Origin: a virus
Taxonomy: Duplodnaviria > Caudoviricetes
IMG/VR virus record: IMGVR_UViG_3300020388_000687
Location: 1-27,570 of that record
DNA length: 27,570 nucleotides
Direction: 5' to 3' (one strand)
Below, in pieces: positions 6,755 to 15,724 of this stretch. The notes below the pieces were generated by a model. It saw only the letters and a program-made list of their open reading frames with translations. It had not been told where the DNA came from and ran no database searches. Every line of letters starts with the position of its first letter. Position 1 is the stretch's first letter. The translations under genes were made by a program, and so were the position numbers.

Positions 6755-8120
6755 GACAACTATTCTGCGAAACCTTGTTTTCAACGAAGAGTACTCTCGC
6801 AAAGTAATTCCGTTTATTGAACCTGATTATTTTGAACAGAGAACCGAAAAGATTATCTTTGAGGAGATTACTCAGTTTATTGTGAAATATGGCAATGCTA
6901 TCACTATAGAAGCACTTGCCATTGAATTAGAAAATCGCACCGATCTCTCTGAAATGGAGGTCAAGGAAACCCGTGAGATTACCTCATCTCTTACGGATGC
7001 TCCTGCCGATAATAAGTGGTTGGAAGATACTACTGAAAAGTGGTGTCGCGATCGTGCCATTTATTTGGCACTGATGGAATCTATCAGCATTGCTGATGGA
7101 CAAGATGAGAAGAAAACCCGTGATGCTATTCCGTCTATTCTTTCGGATGCACTTGCAGTTTCTTTTGATAATCACATTGGGCACAATTACTTAGAAGATT
7201 ATAAAGAGAGATATGAATTTTATCATCAGAAAGAAAATCGTATCCCCTTTGATCTTGAATATTTTAATAAGATTACGAAAGGTGGTCTAGTTAACAAGAG
7301 TCTTAATATCGCTCTTGCTGGGACAGGTGTTGGTAAGTCTCTATTCATGTGCCACGTTGCTAGCTCCGTGCTGCTCCAAGGAAGTAATGTCCTTTACATT
7401 ACAATGGAGATGGCAGAGGAAAAAATTGCTGAACGTATTGATGCAAACCTCCTGAATGTTCCTATTCAAGATTTGGTAGATATTCCTAAATCTTCATTTG
7501 AAAACAAAGTCAATAACCTGACAAAGAAAACTCAGGGTCAACTTATAATTAAAGAGTATCCGACTGCAAGCGCACATAGTGGACATTTTAAAGCACTTCT
7601 TAATGAACTTGCACTTAAGAAGTCTTTTAAACCTGATATCATATTTGTGGATTATCTCAATATTTGTGCCTCGTCACGTTACAAAGGATCTGCCAATATT
7701 AATTCCTATACTCTTGTTAAGTCGATTGCAGAGGAACTTAGAGGATTGGCTGTCGAAGCCGAGGTCCCTATCGTATCTGCCACCCAGACCACTCGTTCTG
7801 GTTATGGTAGCTCTGATGTTGACCTTACTGACACTTCTGAGTCCTTTGGTCTCCCTGCTACTGCTGATCTTATGTTTGCCCTTATTAGCACTGAGGAACT
7901 TGAGCAGTTGGGACAGATTATGGTGAAACAGTTAAAGAATCGCTACAATGATATTTCTGTTTATAAACGTTTTATTGTAGGTATCGATCGTGCCAAGATG
8001 AGACTGTATGATTGTGAGCAAACAGCACAAGAGAATATACTTGACTCTGGGCAAGAAGAGCAGTATAATTATGATGATGAAAAGAAACCTAAAAAAGCAT
8101 TCGACGGATTTAAATTCTAA
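6741..8120 (+). CDS. gp41: DnaB-like replicative helicase
   Basis: Walker A AGTGVGKS, YITMEMAEEKIAERIDAN, IFVDYLNI, SATQTTR, KQLKNRY. Start taken at MERIETTIL. Confidence 0.96.
   Translation: MERIETTILRNLVFNEEYSRKVIPFIEPDYFEQRTEKIIFEEITQFIVKYGNAITIEALAIELENRTDLSEMEVKETREITSSLTDAPADNKWLEDTTEKWCRDRAIYLALMESISIADGQDEKKTRDAIPSILSDALAVSFDNHIGHNYLEDYKERYEFYHQKENRIPFDLEYFNKITKGGLVNKSLNIALAGTGVGKSLFMCHVASSVLLQGSNVLYITMEMAEEKIAERIDANLLNVPIQDLVDIPKSSFENKVNNLTKKTQGQLIIKEYPTASAHSGHFKALLNELALKKSFKPDIIFVDYLNICASSRYKGSANINSYTLVKSIAEELRGLAVEAEVPIVSATQTTRSGYGSSDVDLTDTSESFGLPATADLMFALISTEELEQLGQIMVKQLKNRYNDISVYKRFIVGIDRAKMRLYDCEQTAQENILDSGQEEQYNYDDEKKPKKAFDGFKF
8041..8069 (+). promoter_or_regulatory. sigma70-type promoter inside the gp41 3' end, driving mazG
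   Basis: TTGACT-N17-TATAAT(8064-8069). Confidence 0.7.
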
Positions 8121-8530
8121 TGAGTAAGCAAGTTGATTTTGAAAAGTATCAGAAGTTTGTAGACGCTGTTACTTCGGACCAATCTACAGATTTTGTTGCC
8201 CTTGCAGATCGTTTAGTTGAACTAGATGAAAAAGGTGCAAACATCGAACGTCTTCTAACCGCTGGCGTTGGTATCAATGCTGAAGGTGGAGAGTTCCTTG
8301 AAATTATCAAGAAAATGATTTTTCAAGGCAAACCTTGGGATGAAGCAAACAAAGAACATCTGTTTATCGAACTCGGTGATCTGATGTGGTATGTTGCTCA
8401 AGCGTGTATGGCACTTGGATATTCTCTTGATGAAGTCGTTGCTCGCAATGTTAAGAAACTTGAGAAGCGTTATCCTGGTGGACAGTTTGATGTATACTAT
8501 TCCGAGAACCGTGAAGAGGGGGACTTGTGA
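8120..8530 (+). CDS. mazG: MazG-family NTP pyrophosphohydrolase
   Basis: AEGGEFLEIIKK, ELGDLMWYVAQAC, NVKKLEKRYP; standard position after gp41. Confidence 0.93.
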   Translation: MSKQVDFEKYQKFVDAVTSDQSTDFVALADRLVELDEKGANIERLLTAGVGINAEGGEFLEIIKKMIFQGKPWDEANKEHLFIELGDLMWYVAQACMALGYSLDEVVARNVKKLEKRYPGGQFDVYYSENREEGDL

Positions 8531-8709
8531 CTGACATCAATGTCACTTTGAAGTTGAGGCAGGCAGCAGCAGTGCGTGATGCATTATTCCGCTCTACTGC
8601 TAAAGACAGTTACGAATTTCCAGGGCAAAGAACTGTTGAAATTCGAGAAGCAATTCTTATCCTAGATGAAAAAATTGAAGAGTCTTTAAATGCTAGCGAA
8701 AACACTTGA
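8527..8709 (+). CDS. Hypothetical protein
   Basis: 60-aa ORF with GTGA overlap and GAGGGG SD. Confidence 0.6.
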   Translation: MTDINVTLKLRQAAAVRDALFRSTAKDSYEFPGQRTVEIREAILILDEKIEESLNASENT

Positions 8710-9730
8710 ATCTATTGCTAAGAATGAACTCTACATGGGTTACATCTTTGGTATTATGATCTTGGGTGGATTCATTCGTGATTACAGTGCTCTTGAAGAT
8801 GTATATGCCTTAGCAAAGAAGTATATCAAGGACAATCGTGTCCTTGTTATTATCACCTCACTGTTGGGTGGTATACTTCCTATCCCTGGACGTGTAGCAT
8901 TGTCTGCACCACTCCTAGATGGTATTGCTCCACGGGATCAGGAGCGTCGTTCTGATTTTGGTGTGATTGATTACCTATCAGTTCACCATTACTATTGGTG
9001 GTCTCCACTAGAGAAAACTGTTGTTCTACCTATGGCAGTGATGGGTATATCCTATGGAACATTCTTGGGATATACCATTGTTCCTTTGCTTATCACTTTG
9101 GCATATACTTGGTGGTATATCTTTACTAAAGTTCCTGCATCATCTGTTGTCCCTAATCTAGAGTATGTTCGTGAGTTCAACTGGCGTCGTGCTCTTACTG
9201 GATGGGCACCACTGATTGCTACTGTGATTCTTTTATTGAATACAGGCAAAGGTGGGGCAATCTTCTTCTTCCCTTGGTTCCTTGGAATGGCAATCTATTA
9301 TTCCATTGTGTTCAAAGATTGGAAATGGGGTAAGTGGTTGGATGGTAAGTTTGCCATCGTTGCCACACTTGTTCTTGCTCTTGGTGGTGTGGTAGGATTG
9401 GTGAAAGGACCAGTGATGGAGTATCTCAATGCAGCAACGCCAGGGATGCTTATTCCTGCTTCTTTAGTTGCTATGGTTGCTGCTTACATCATGGGTTCAT
9501 CTGGTAAGTATGCTGGTATGACCTCTGCTCTTGTAGCAATCTTTGGACCTAATTATCTGGTATGGTTCCTTTGCACGGAGTATTCTGGTTATCTGATTTC
9601 ACCAGCACATAAGTGTCTCATGATCGGACAACAGTATTTCGGCACACCAATTAAGAAATACTATACTGTGCTTTCTAGGTTGTGTGTTATACTGATCGGG
9701 TATGCAGCACTCACAACTTTCGTATTCTAA
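8690..9730 (+). CDS. Polytopic membrane protein, DUF401/ion-transporter (DctM/CitM-like) superfamily
   Basis: Many hydrophobic helices; GGILPIPGRVALSAPLLD, HHYYWWSPLE and C-terminal GYLISPAHKCL..QQYFG, resembling the DUF401 SPxHxCL motif. Confidence 0.6.
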   Translation: MLAKTLESIAKNELYMGYIFGIMILGGFIRDYSALEDVYALAKKYIKDNRVLVIITSLLGGILPIPGRVALSAPLLDGIAPRDQERRSDFGVIDYLSVHHYYWWSPLEKTVVLPMAVMGISYGTFLGYTIVPLLITLAYTWWYIFTKVPASSVVPNLEYVREFNWRRALTGWAPLIATVILLLNTGKGGAIFFFPWFLGMAIYYSIVFKDWKWGKWLDGKFAIVATLVLALGGVVGLVKGPVMEYLNAATPGMLIPASLVAMVAAYIMGSSGKYAGMTSALVAIFGPNYLVWFLCTEYSGYLISPAHKCLMIGQQYFGTPIKKYYTVLSRLCVILIGYAALTTFVF

Positions 9731-9921
9731 TGTATACGATTCTTAATTATGCTACAGCATTTTGGACTGTAGTTGTTATGAATTGTATTCAACCTGTTAA
9801 TTGGCAATACTGTTATCGGGTTGATCAGTGGTTAGTTCCTGAACTTCACGAAGGATGGAAACTATACACTAAAGAGGTAGTCCCATATCAAAAGGAAAAG
9901 GACTATCTCAAGGGGTTATAA
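9730..9921 (+). CDS. Hypothetical protein (MYTILNYATAFW...)
   Basis: TAATG-coupled start at 9730; the 3' end overlaps the tRNA. Confidence 0.6.
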   Translation: MYTILNYATAFWTVVVMNCIQPVNWQYCYRVDQWLVPELHEGWKLYTKEVVPYQKEKDYLKGL

Positions 9922-9984
9922 CTCAGTTGGTAGAGTGCCTGCTTTGCAAGCAGGATGTCAGGAGTTCGAGTCTCCTTAATTCCA
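9912..9984 (+). tRNA. tRNA-Ala (UGC), CCA not encoded
   Basis: Acceptor GGGGTTA/TAATTCC+A with G3:U70; D-arm ACTCAGTTGGTAGAGT; anticodon arm CCTGC-TTTGCAA-GCAGG; T-arm AGGAG-TTCGAGT-CTCCT. Confidence 0.93.
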
Positions 9985-9990
9985 TAAATA
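9984..9990 (+). promoter_or_regulatory. T4-type late promoter box ATAAATA
   Basis: Begins at the tRNA discriminator base and ends 10 nt before ATG 10001. Confidence 0.6.
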
Positions 9991-10000
9991 AAAATAAAAA

Positions 10001-11284
10001 ATGTCAGCGAACGACCTATTGCAATTGAATGCTGCTCTGAATGAGTTTCAAGCAAATAAGGAAGTGGACGATATGATTTCGGTTAAAAATGCTGGACCGA
10101 AAATTGTGGCATATGAAGTCAAATCTACTGATAGAGAAAAAACTCGTGAGGACGTAGAGGCAGCACTTAAAAAACATAAAGTTGGAACTATCACTAGAAA
10201 TTTGATGTCAGTTTCTTCTATGAAAGTTACTGATTGTAAGTCTGGCGGAACAACTTATAGATTTATCTACAAACCAACAAAGGGTGGTATGTCACAAACC
10301 ACTCTAAATGCAAGTATTACGGAATTATTTCCATGCATTGCTTTTGAAACAGGAATTAATTCAAGGCAAATAAAAAATGTTAGAGATTTTTATAATAAAA
10401 TTATAGACAATAATACAAAAGACTTGGATTGTTATTTGAGTCCTAAAGATGCTGAAGCAGGTAGAGAGTTTATTAATAATGCAGAAAATGGAAAGTTCCA
10501 GGAGAAAGTTCAGAATGCAATTAATGTTTTAAAGTGGATTGAAGGAGTTCATAGATTTCACCCAATCCAAAATATCTACTGGGGTTATAGGGCAAAACCA
10601 AGAGGAGTGATGACAAATCATCCTGGTGATATATTCTTAAAATTTAAAAATGGTAAAATACTTGGTGTAAGTTTAAAAGCGGGTGGTGAAAAAACTGATG
10701 AACCTAAACTGAATACTTATGTAAAACCAATATTTGATTTCTATGGTAAATCAAATGATTATGAAAAGATAAAGGAAAGACTCTGGCCACAGTATGTAAT
10801 TATTCCTGGTATAACTGAAGATGATAAAAATATGTGGGGAACACAGGCATTGGCATTAAAAACCTATGATTTTGAAAAGAAAGATGTAAAGACATATAAT
10901 GAGTTATATGATAAAAATTTAGCGATCATCAAAGAAGAACTTTTAAAATTGTTGAATAATGATTTTGCAAAAACAAAAGAATGGTTATTAGAAAAAGTTG
11001 CACAACAACAGCAAGATGTTCCTTTAGTTGTTGTTAAAGCAACAGATAAACAAGCAAGAAGAGATAAATCTAGTGATATGTTAATTGAGGCACTTGCATC
11101 AGTTTCAAAAATTAAAGCACAACCACCGAAAGGATCTTCTAAACAAGGTTGGAATATTATGCTAACTGACGGGTCAAAGTTACAGTTGGATTTTACAACT
11201 AGAACGAACAAAGTTGGTGCTATGCATAAGATGGGACAATTCACCAATCTTGCTGTAAAATTTAATAAAGTAAAAAAAGCATGA
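10001..11284 (+). CDS. Hypothetical protein with PD-(D/E)XK nuclease-like motif
   Basis: ITELFPC ... HPGDIFLKFKNGKILGVSLKAGG (E...D..VSLK pattern); lysine-rich. Confidence 0.55.
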   Translation: MSANDLLQLNAALNEFQANKEVDDMISVKNAGPKIVAYEVKSTDREKTREDVEAALKKHKVGTITRNLMSVSSMKVTDCKSGGTTYRFIYKPTKGGMSQTTLNASITELFPCIAFETGINSRQIKNVRDFYNKIIDNNTKDLDCYLSPKDAEAGREFINNAENGKFQEKVQNAINVLKWIEGVHRFHPIQNIYWGYRAKPRGVMTNHPGDIFLKFKNGKILGVSLKAGGEKTDEPKLNTYVKPIFDFYGKSNDYEKIKERLWPQYVIIPGITEDDKNMWGTQALALKTYDFEKKDVKTYNELYDKNLAIIKEELLKLLNNDFAKTKEWLLEKVAQQQQDVPLVVVKATDKQARRDKSSDMLIEALASVSKIKAQPPKGSSKQGWNIMLTDGSKLQLDFTTRTNKVGAMHKMGQFTNLAVKFNKVKKA

Positions 11285-11508
11285 ATCATCTCGTTATTGA
11301 ATTAATTAAATCTTTTGAACCAAGTCGTAAAAAAAGATTTAATGTGCAATATAATGAGTTTCTATCACACGTCTATATGATCTATGATAAGCAAATAACT
11401 CTCTGTCGTTCAGATTCTATTAAGAATAAATATATAAAAGAACGCAACGGTGTTTTAGAATACATCGCAAAGAATCGGAAAGTAATACAAAAACAATTTG
11501 ACAAATGA
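11281..11508 (+). CDS. Hypothetical basic protein
   Basis: 75-aa ORF overlapping neighbours by 4 nt at both ends. Confidence 0.6.
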   Translation: MNHLVIELIKSFEPSRKKRFNVQYNEFLSHVYMIYDKQITLCRSDSIKNKYIKERNGVLEYIAKNRKVIQKQFDK

Positions 11509-12785
11509 AAAGTTTCTTCCAATTTTTTAAAGAGTCTACCGCTGTGCAGCAGGCAACCAGAATGGGTCTGCAGAGTGATGGTCATGGAGGATGGTATGAT
11601 ACTGATGGAGAGTTTGTTGCCAAGACTGATAAAGGTCAATTAAAATTCTTTAATAAGCGTCAGAGAGTAGGAAAGCAAGATCCTCCACAATCTGATAAAG
11701 AAAAGAAATTATCACAAGCAACATCAGAACCTGCACCTCAGCAACAGGAACCTGCTGCAGAAAAACCTGCTATGATTCCACCTGAGGTTGAAAAGACCAA
11801 AGGGACTCTGACTATTGCATTTGGGAGATTTAATCCCCCAACAACGGGACATGAGAAACTTTTAGATACTGTGGCATCATCTTCGGATGAGGGTGACTAT
11901 GTTATTATTCCTTCACGTAGTCAGGATAAGAAGAAAAATCCTCTTGATCCTGATACCAAAGTCTCAGTAATGAGGCAGATGTATCCAAAACATAGTGAGA
12001 AGATTGTAAACGATCCTGCAAATCGCACTATTTTTGACGTTCTGAAGAAGGCACATAATGATGGTTATGCGAATGTGAGGATCGTTGGTGGCGGGGACAG
12101 AGTAAAAGAGTTTGAAAATCTTTCTGGTAATTACAATGGTAAGTTGTATCAGTTTGATAATATTGAAGTAACTTCTGCTGGTGATCGTGATCCAGATGCC
12201 GAAGGAACTGAGGGAATGTCTGCATCTAAGCAAAGAATGGCAGCAGCAGAGAATGATTTTAAATCATTCCGACAGGGTGTTCCTAAGTCTATGGATGATG
12301 AAGCAGCAAAGATGTTGTTCAATACTCTTCGTAAGTCGATGAAATTACAAGAGGGTTGGAGACTCTGGCAGATTGCTCCTAAGTATGATTGGAAAAATCT
12401 TCGTGAAAATTATGTTACTAAGAAGATCTATAGAATAGGACAGATTATTGAAAACGATAATACTGGATTAATTGGTGAGATTATTCGTAGAGGAACTAAT
12501 CATCTTATTTGTGTGACAGAAGACGGAATCATGTTCAAATCTTGGATTAAAGATGTTATTGAAAGTAGAAAACATCTTGAGGAACCAATTAAAAATATTA
12601 AAAAATTGGTAGAAAAAGTAACAAGTTCTGAAAAAAATCAAAATTATAATAATCTAACTGATATTTCTGGTGTTCCTGCAGATCAAAGATTGATTGGAAC
12701 TGATTCGCATCGTAAGTATGTTGAGACAATGGTGCCTGGAAGTCGTTACGGTTTACAATTCATAAATAAATATAAGAAAAAGTAG
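11505..12785 (+). CDS. Cytidylyltransferase-like (HIGH-motif) nucleotidyltransferase
   Basis: FGRFNPPTTGHEKL, SQDKKKNPL, VGGGDRVKEF, SAGDRDPDAEG, MSASKQR; conserved T4-like cyanophage gene. Confidence 0.85.
   Translation: MKSFFQFFKESTAVQQATRMGLQSDGHGGWYDTDGEFVAKTDKGQLKFFNKRQRVGKQDPPQSDKEKKLSQATSEPAPQQQEPAAEKPAMIPPEVEKTKGTLTIAFGRFNPPTTGHEKLLDTVASSSDEGDYVIIPSRSQDKKKNPLDPDTKVSVMRQMYPKHSEKIVNDPANRTIFDVLKKAHNDGYANVRIVGGGDRVKEFENLSGNYNGKLYQFDNIEVTSAGDRDPDAEGTEGMSASKQRMAAAENDFKSFRQGVPKSMDDEAAKMLFNTLRKSMKLQEGWRLWQIAPKYDWKNLRENYVTKKIYRIGQIIENDNTGLIGEIIRRGTNHLICVTEDGIMFKSWIKDVIESRKHLEEPIKNIKKLVEKVTSSEKNQNYNNLTDISGVPADQRLIGTDSHRKYVETMVPGSRYGLQFINKYKKK
12762..12768 (+). promoter_or_regulatory. Late promoter box ATAAATA
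   Basis: Embedded in the last codons (FINKY) of the upstream gene, ahead of the 12803 ORF. Confidence 0.6.
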
Positions 12786-12802
12786 CGATCACATTAACTC
12801 CA

Positions 12803-14572
12803 ATGAGCAAAGAAATACTTGAAGACATGCAGCAAGCACCTACTGTAGGTGCTGGCGGTGCAAAAGCAAAACTGGAGAAGCAAGCACGTCAACTTGCTTA
12901 TGATACTAAGTATAAGGTAAAACAAGCACTTTCCGCTAAGAGTGGTGGAAATGCAGATCCTGCTGCTGTTGCCAAAATGTATTTGGCACAACTTGCTAAG
13001 TCACCTGCACCCCCAGCAATTAAGGCACTTGCCAAGAAGAAACTGATGGGTGAAGAGTATGTTGATGTTAAAGGTTTTGTTGTTGATTCCGTTACTGATG
13101 CATTACTAAAAGTCTTTGTTGAGAAGAAAGAAGATACTGTCGAAGAAGTAATCGAAGAAGAAAAAGGCGAGCAAAAGTTTCATATTAAGGTGACTGATAA
13201 GAAGACTGGTAATACTTATCATCGTTATGCAACTCGTGCGAAGATTTCAGAACTCCGTGCAAATTCAAACATCGCTACTGTTGAGATGTCTCATCAGGGA
13301 GAATCTGGAACCAAGGCAAAGAAAGATTATGATGGCGACGGTAAAGTAGAGAGTGGTTCTAAGGAACATGCTGGTGCAGTTCACAATGCTATTCAAAAAG
13401 CAAAGGGTGGAACTCCTGATGGAAAAGATACTCGTAAAGAAGAAGTAATACCAGAGGCAAAGTATGAGGATGGTGCATCAAATTATGGTAAGATGTCAAT
13501 CCGAAATAAGAGAGCAGTGGGATATGGTGGTAATGCTGCACCTCCAGAGGAAAGAACGAAGGCACATGATGAGAGAATGAAGAAGCATAAAGCAGTGAAA
13601 GAAGAAGTTAAAATAGATGAGAGTCATAAGAATCCTGAAAGTGTTAAAGGTATTGCCAAAGAACTAGATAAAGCAGTCGAAATGCATAAGAGTCAAGCAA
13701 AGAGGCTCAGAAAATCTGGTGTCTCTGAAGAAAAAGAAGAATCTAAAGTCGGTGGTGGCAACTTAAAAAAACTTACGGCAAAAGCGGTAAAAAGAATTGA
13801 TGCCGACGTAGATGGTGATGTAGACGGTAAAGATTCAAACAAAGCTGGATTTGGTGAGTTTGTTCCTTCTGCAGATGGGAAGACGAAGATTAAAACTAAA
13901 ATTCAAAAAGAAGATTATATTTCAAACTGGAGAGAAGAAATTATTGAGGGTAAGGACGAAGATGATACTGATAAAGACATTGATGTGATGAAGGGTAAGA
14001 ATAAGATAAAGGTTATGCCTGAACTTGGTGAGTCTGCTGAAGTTTGTGAGAAGTGTGGAAAGAACCCTTGTGAATGTGATAAGGAAGATCCTCGTGGTAT
14101 GAATACCAAAGTCAATCTTATGAGAAATAAGTTGAGAGCAATGGGTCTTAAGATGTCTCATGAACCAGAAGGTGAAATGATTGAACAGGTAAAACCTGAA
14201 AAGAAAGAAGATGAAAAAAAATCTGAACCATCTACATCTGGACCAACTGCAGACGAAAAGCAGATGATTGCCAAGAAAAGGCAAATGATGCTAAAGACTC
14301 AAATGATTCAAAAGCAAAAGTTAAATCTTCAAAAGCAAGGTAAGTTACCAATTACTTCTGAAGCAACTGAAGATTCTTTAAGAGATCGCCGCATGGAGCG
14401 TGGTGGTGTTGATGGCAACAACCGTTACGACAAACCAGTTAGCAACACACCGAATACATTTGGTAAGAAACCTGGTCAAAAATATGATGGTATGTCTGCA
14501 CTTGAGAAAGTAAAGGCAAGCATCCGTGCCAAGCATGGACAGGGTGCAATCATGGACACCAAGAAGAAGTAA
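12803..14572 (+). CDS. Large charged low-complexity late protein (probable head-internal/virion protein)
   Basis: 589 aa, K/E-rich; basic modules separated by EE/xxE linkers; DxDxDG motifs; late promoter upstream. Confidence 0.6.
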   Translation: MSKEILEDMQQAPTVGAGGAKAKLEKQARQLAYDTKYKVKQALSAKSGGNADPAAVAKMYLAQLAKSPAPPAIKALAKKKLMGEEYVDVKGFVVDSVTDALLKVFVEKKEDTVEEVIEEEKGEQKFHIKVTDKKTGNTYHRYATRAKISELRANSNIATVEMSHQGESGTKAKKDYDGDGKVESGSKEHAGAVHNAIQKAKGGTPDGKDTRKEEVIPEAKYEDGASNYGKMSIRNKRAVGYGGNAAPPEERTKAHDERMKKHKAVKEEVKIDESHKNPESVKGIAKELDKAVEMHKSQAKRLRKSGVSEEKEESKVGGGNLKKLTAKAVKRIDADVDGDVDGKDSNKAGFGEFVPSADGKTKIKTKIQKEDYISNWREEIIEGKDEDDTDKDIDVMKGKNKIKVMPELGESAEVCEKCGKNPCECDKEDPRGMNTKVNLMRNKLRAMGLKMSHEPEGEMIEQVKPEKKEDEKKSEPSTSGPTADEKQMIAKKRQMMLKTQMIQKQKLNLQKQGKLPITSEATEDSLRDRRMERGGVDGNNRYDKPVSNTPNTFGKKPGQKYDGMSALEKVKASIRAKHGQGAIMDTKKK

Positions 14573-14919
14573 TGCCTGCCGTATCTAAAGCACAGCAGAA
14601 GTTCTTTGGGATAGTTCGTGCTATCCAAAAAGGTGAGATGGCACCGACGACTCCTGAGACTGCAAAGGCAGCTGCCGATATGAAAAAGAAGGATGTGAAA
14701 GACTTTGCATCTACTAAACATAAGAAACTTCCTGAGAAGAAAGTGGCGAAGGAAGGTTATTATGGTATGGCTGGTGGCATGGGTTCATCTAGAAGTAAAA
14801 ATTTACGAAATGATCCTGACAATCAAAAATCAAAAGAAAAGGTTGATTCTTTGTTAGCTGCTGTCAGAAGAGGTAGAGAGAAAAGAAAGAAAGAGATAAA
14901 GACGAATGAAGGCAAGTGA
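14572..14919 (+). CDS. Small basic protein, DUF3008-like
   Basis: MPAVSKAQQKFFG...DVKDFASTKHKKLPEKK pattern; TAATG coupling. Confidence 0.65.
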   Translation: MPAVSKAQQKFFGIVRAIQKGEMAPTTPETAKAAADMKKKDVKDFASTKHKKLPEKKVAKEGYYGMAGGMGSSRSKNLRNDPDNQKSKEKVDSLLAAVRRGREKRKKEIKTNEGK

Positions 14920-14965
14920 ATTTCTAATAAGGATTGATATATAGTATTAGTAATTGAGATTTACC

Positions 14966-15166
14966 ATGCTTGCATTCCTACTACCATTAGCATCCAAAAT
15001 CATTAAAGATGCCATTTCAAATATTCCTGAAAATGAAGAACTCGGTGAGAAGATGGTTGAGATCTGTCTTGTTATTCTTTCTAAAGCAGTTAAGTTGACT
15101 AAAACTGATATGGACGATAAGCTTTTAGAAGTTGTATCTGCTGCTATTAAGAACCGCGAAGAGTGA
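14966..15166 (+). CDS. Conserved hypothetical protein (MLAFLLPLASKII...)
   Basis: ATG 14966; KAVKLTKTDMDDKLLE motif; ATATATA late-like box upstream. Confidence 0.7.
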   Translation: MLAFLLPLASKIIKDAISNIPENEELGEKMVEICLVILSKAVKLTKTDMDDKLLEVVSAAIKNREE

Positions 15167-15170
15167 GTTT

Positions 15171-15178
15171 TATAAATA
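15171..15178 (+). promoter_or_regulatory. T4 consensus late promoter TATAAATA
   Basis: Exact match, intergenic, upstream of the AAAGGA SD and ATG 15208. Confidence 0.8.
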
Positions 15179-15207
15179 TCTTTATATAAGATTAAAAGGA
15201 ACGGAAA

Positions 15208-15705
15208 ATGTCTCTTTGGGGAACCTCAGACTCTGTTTATTCAACAGGCAATGTCACCACTATCACTACTGCTGGTGTTATTACAGGAAATGGCACTACC
15301 TGGACTTCGGGTAACGGTGTTGTTCCTGGATTAGTAATAACTATGGGCACAAAAGGAAGTGGTGTTATTAAGAGTGTAGATTCTGCTACACAAGTAACAT
15401 TAGCAAGTGCTTCTGGTGTTACCGCAGATAGCGGTCTTACTCAGTCATATAATATTAATGCTGCACCAAAATCAACAGTTGTTGATACTAATTATGATGG
15501 TAATCAAATTTTTGGTGTAAGTGAAGCAGAACAACTTGCTGCTGTTGATGACGGATCTCAATACAAACCAGCACATGCTGGTTGGGTTGGAATCTCTAGT
15601 TACACGGATATGCATGGTAATACTAGAGTTAAGACTGAAACCTTGGTTGCAGGAAACTTCATTACTGGTGATGCTGCAGACGATACCATCCTCCCAGATA
15701 GCTGA
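15208..15705 (+). CDS. Putative virion structural protein
   Basis: MSLWG start, T/G/S-rich beta composition, HAGWVG...GNTRVKTETLVA motif; late promoter. Confidence 0.65.
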   Translation: MSLWGTSDSVYSTGNVTTITTAGVITGNGTTWTSGNGVVPGLVITMGTKGSGVIKSVDSATQVTLASASGVTADSGLTQSYNINAAPKSTVVDTNYDGNQIFGVSEAEQLAAVDDGSQYKPAHAGWVGISSYTDMHGNTRVKTETLVAGNFITGDAADDTILPDS

Positions 15706-15724
15706 TAATAAATTTTGATATTAT

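Noticed and set aside
9912-9984. tRNA as prophage attachment site
   Set aside because: No integrase and no duplicated tRNA 3' end in the window; both flanks are T4-like lytic phage genes.
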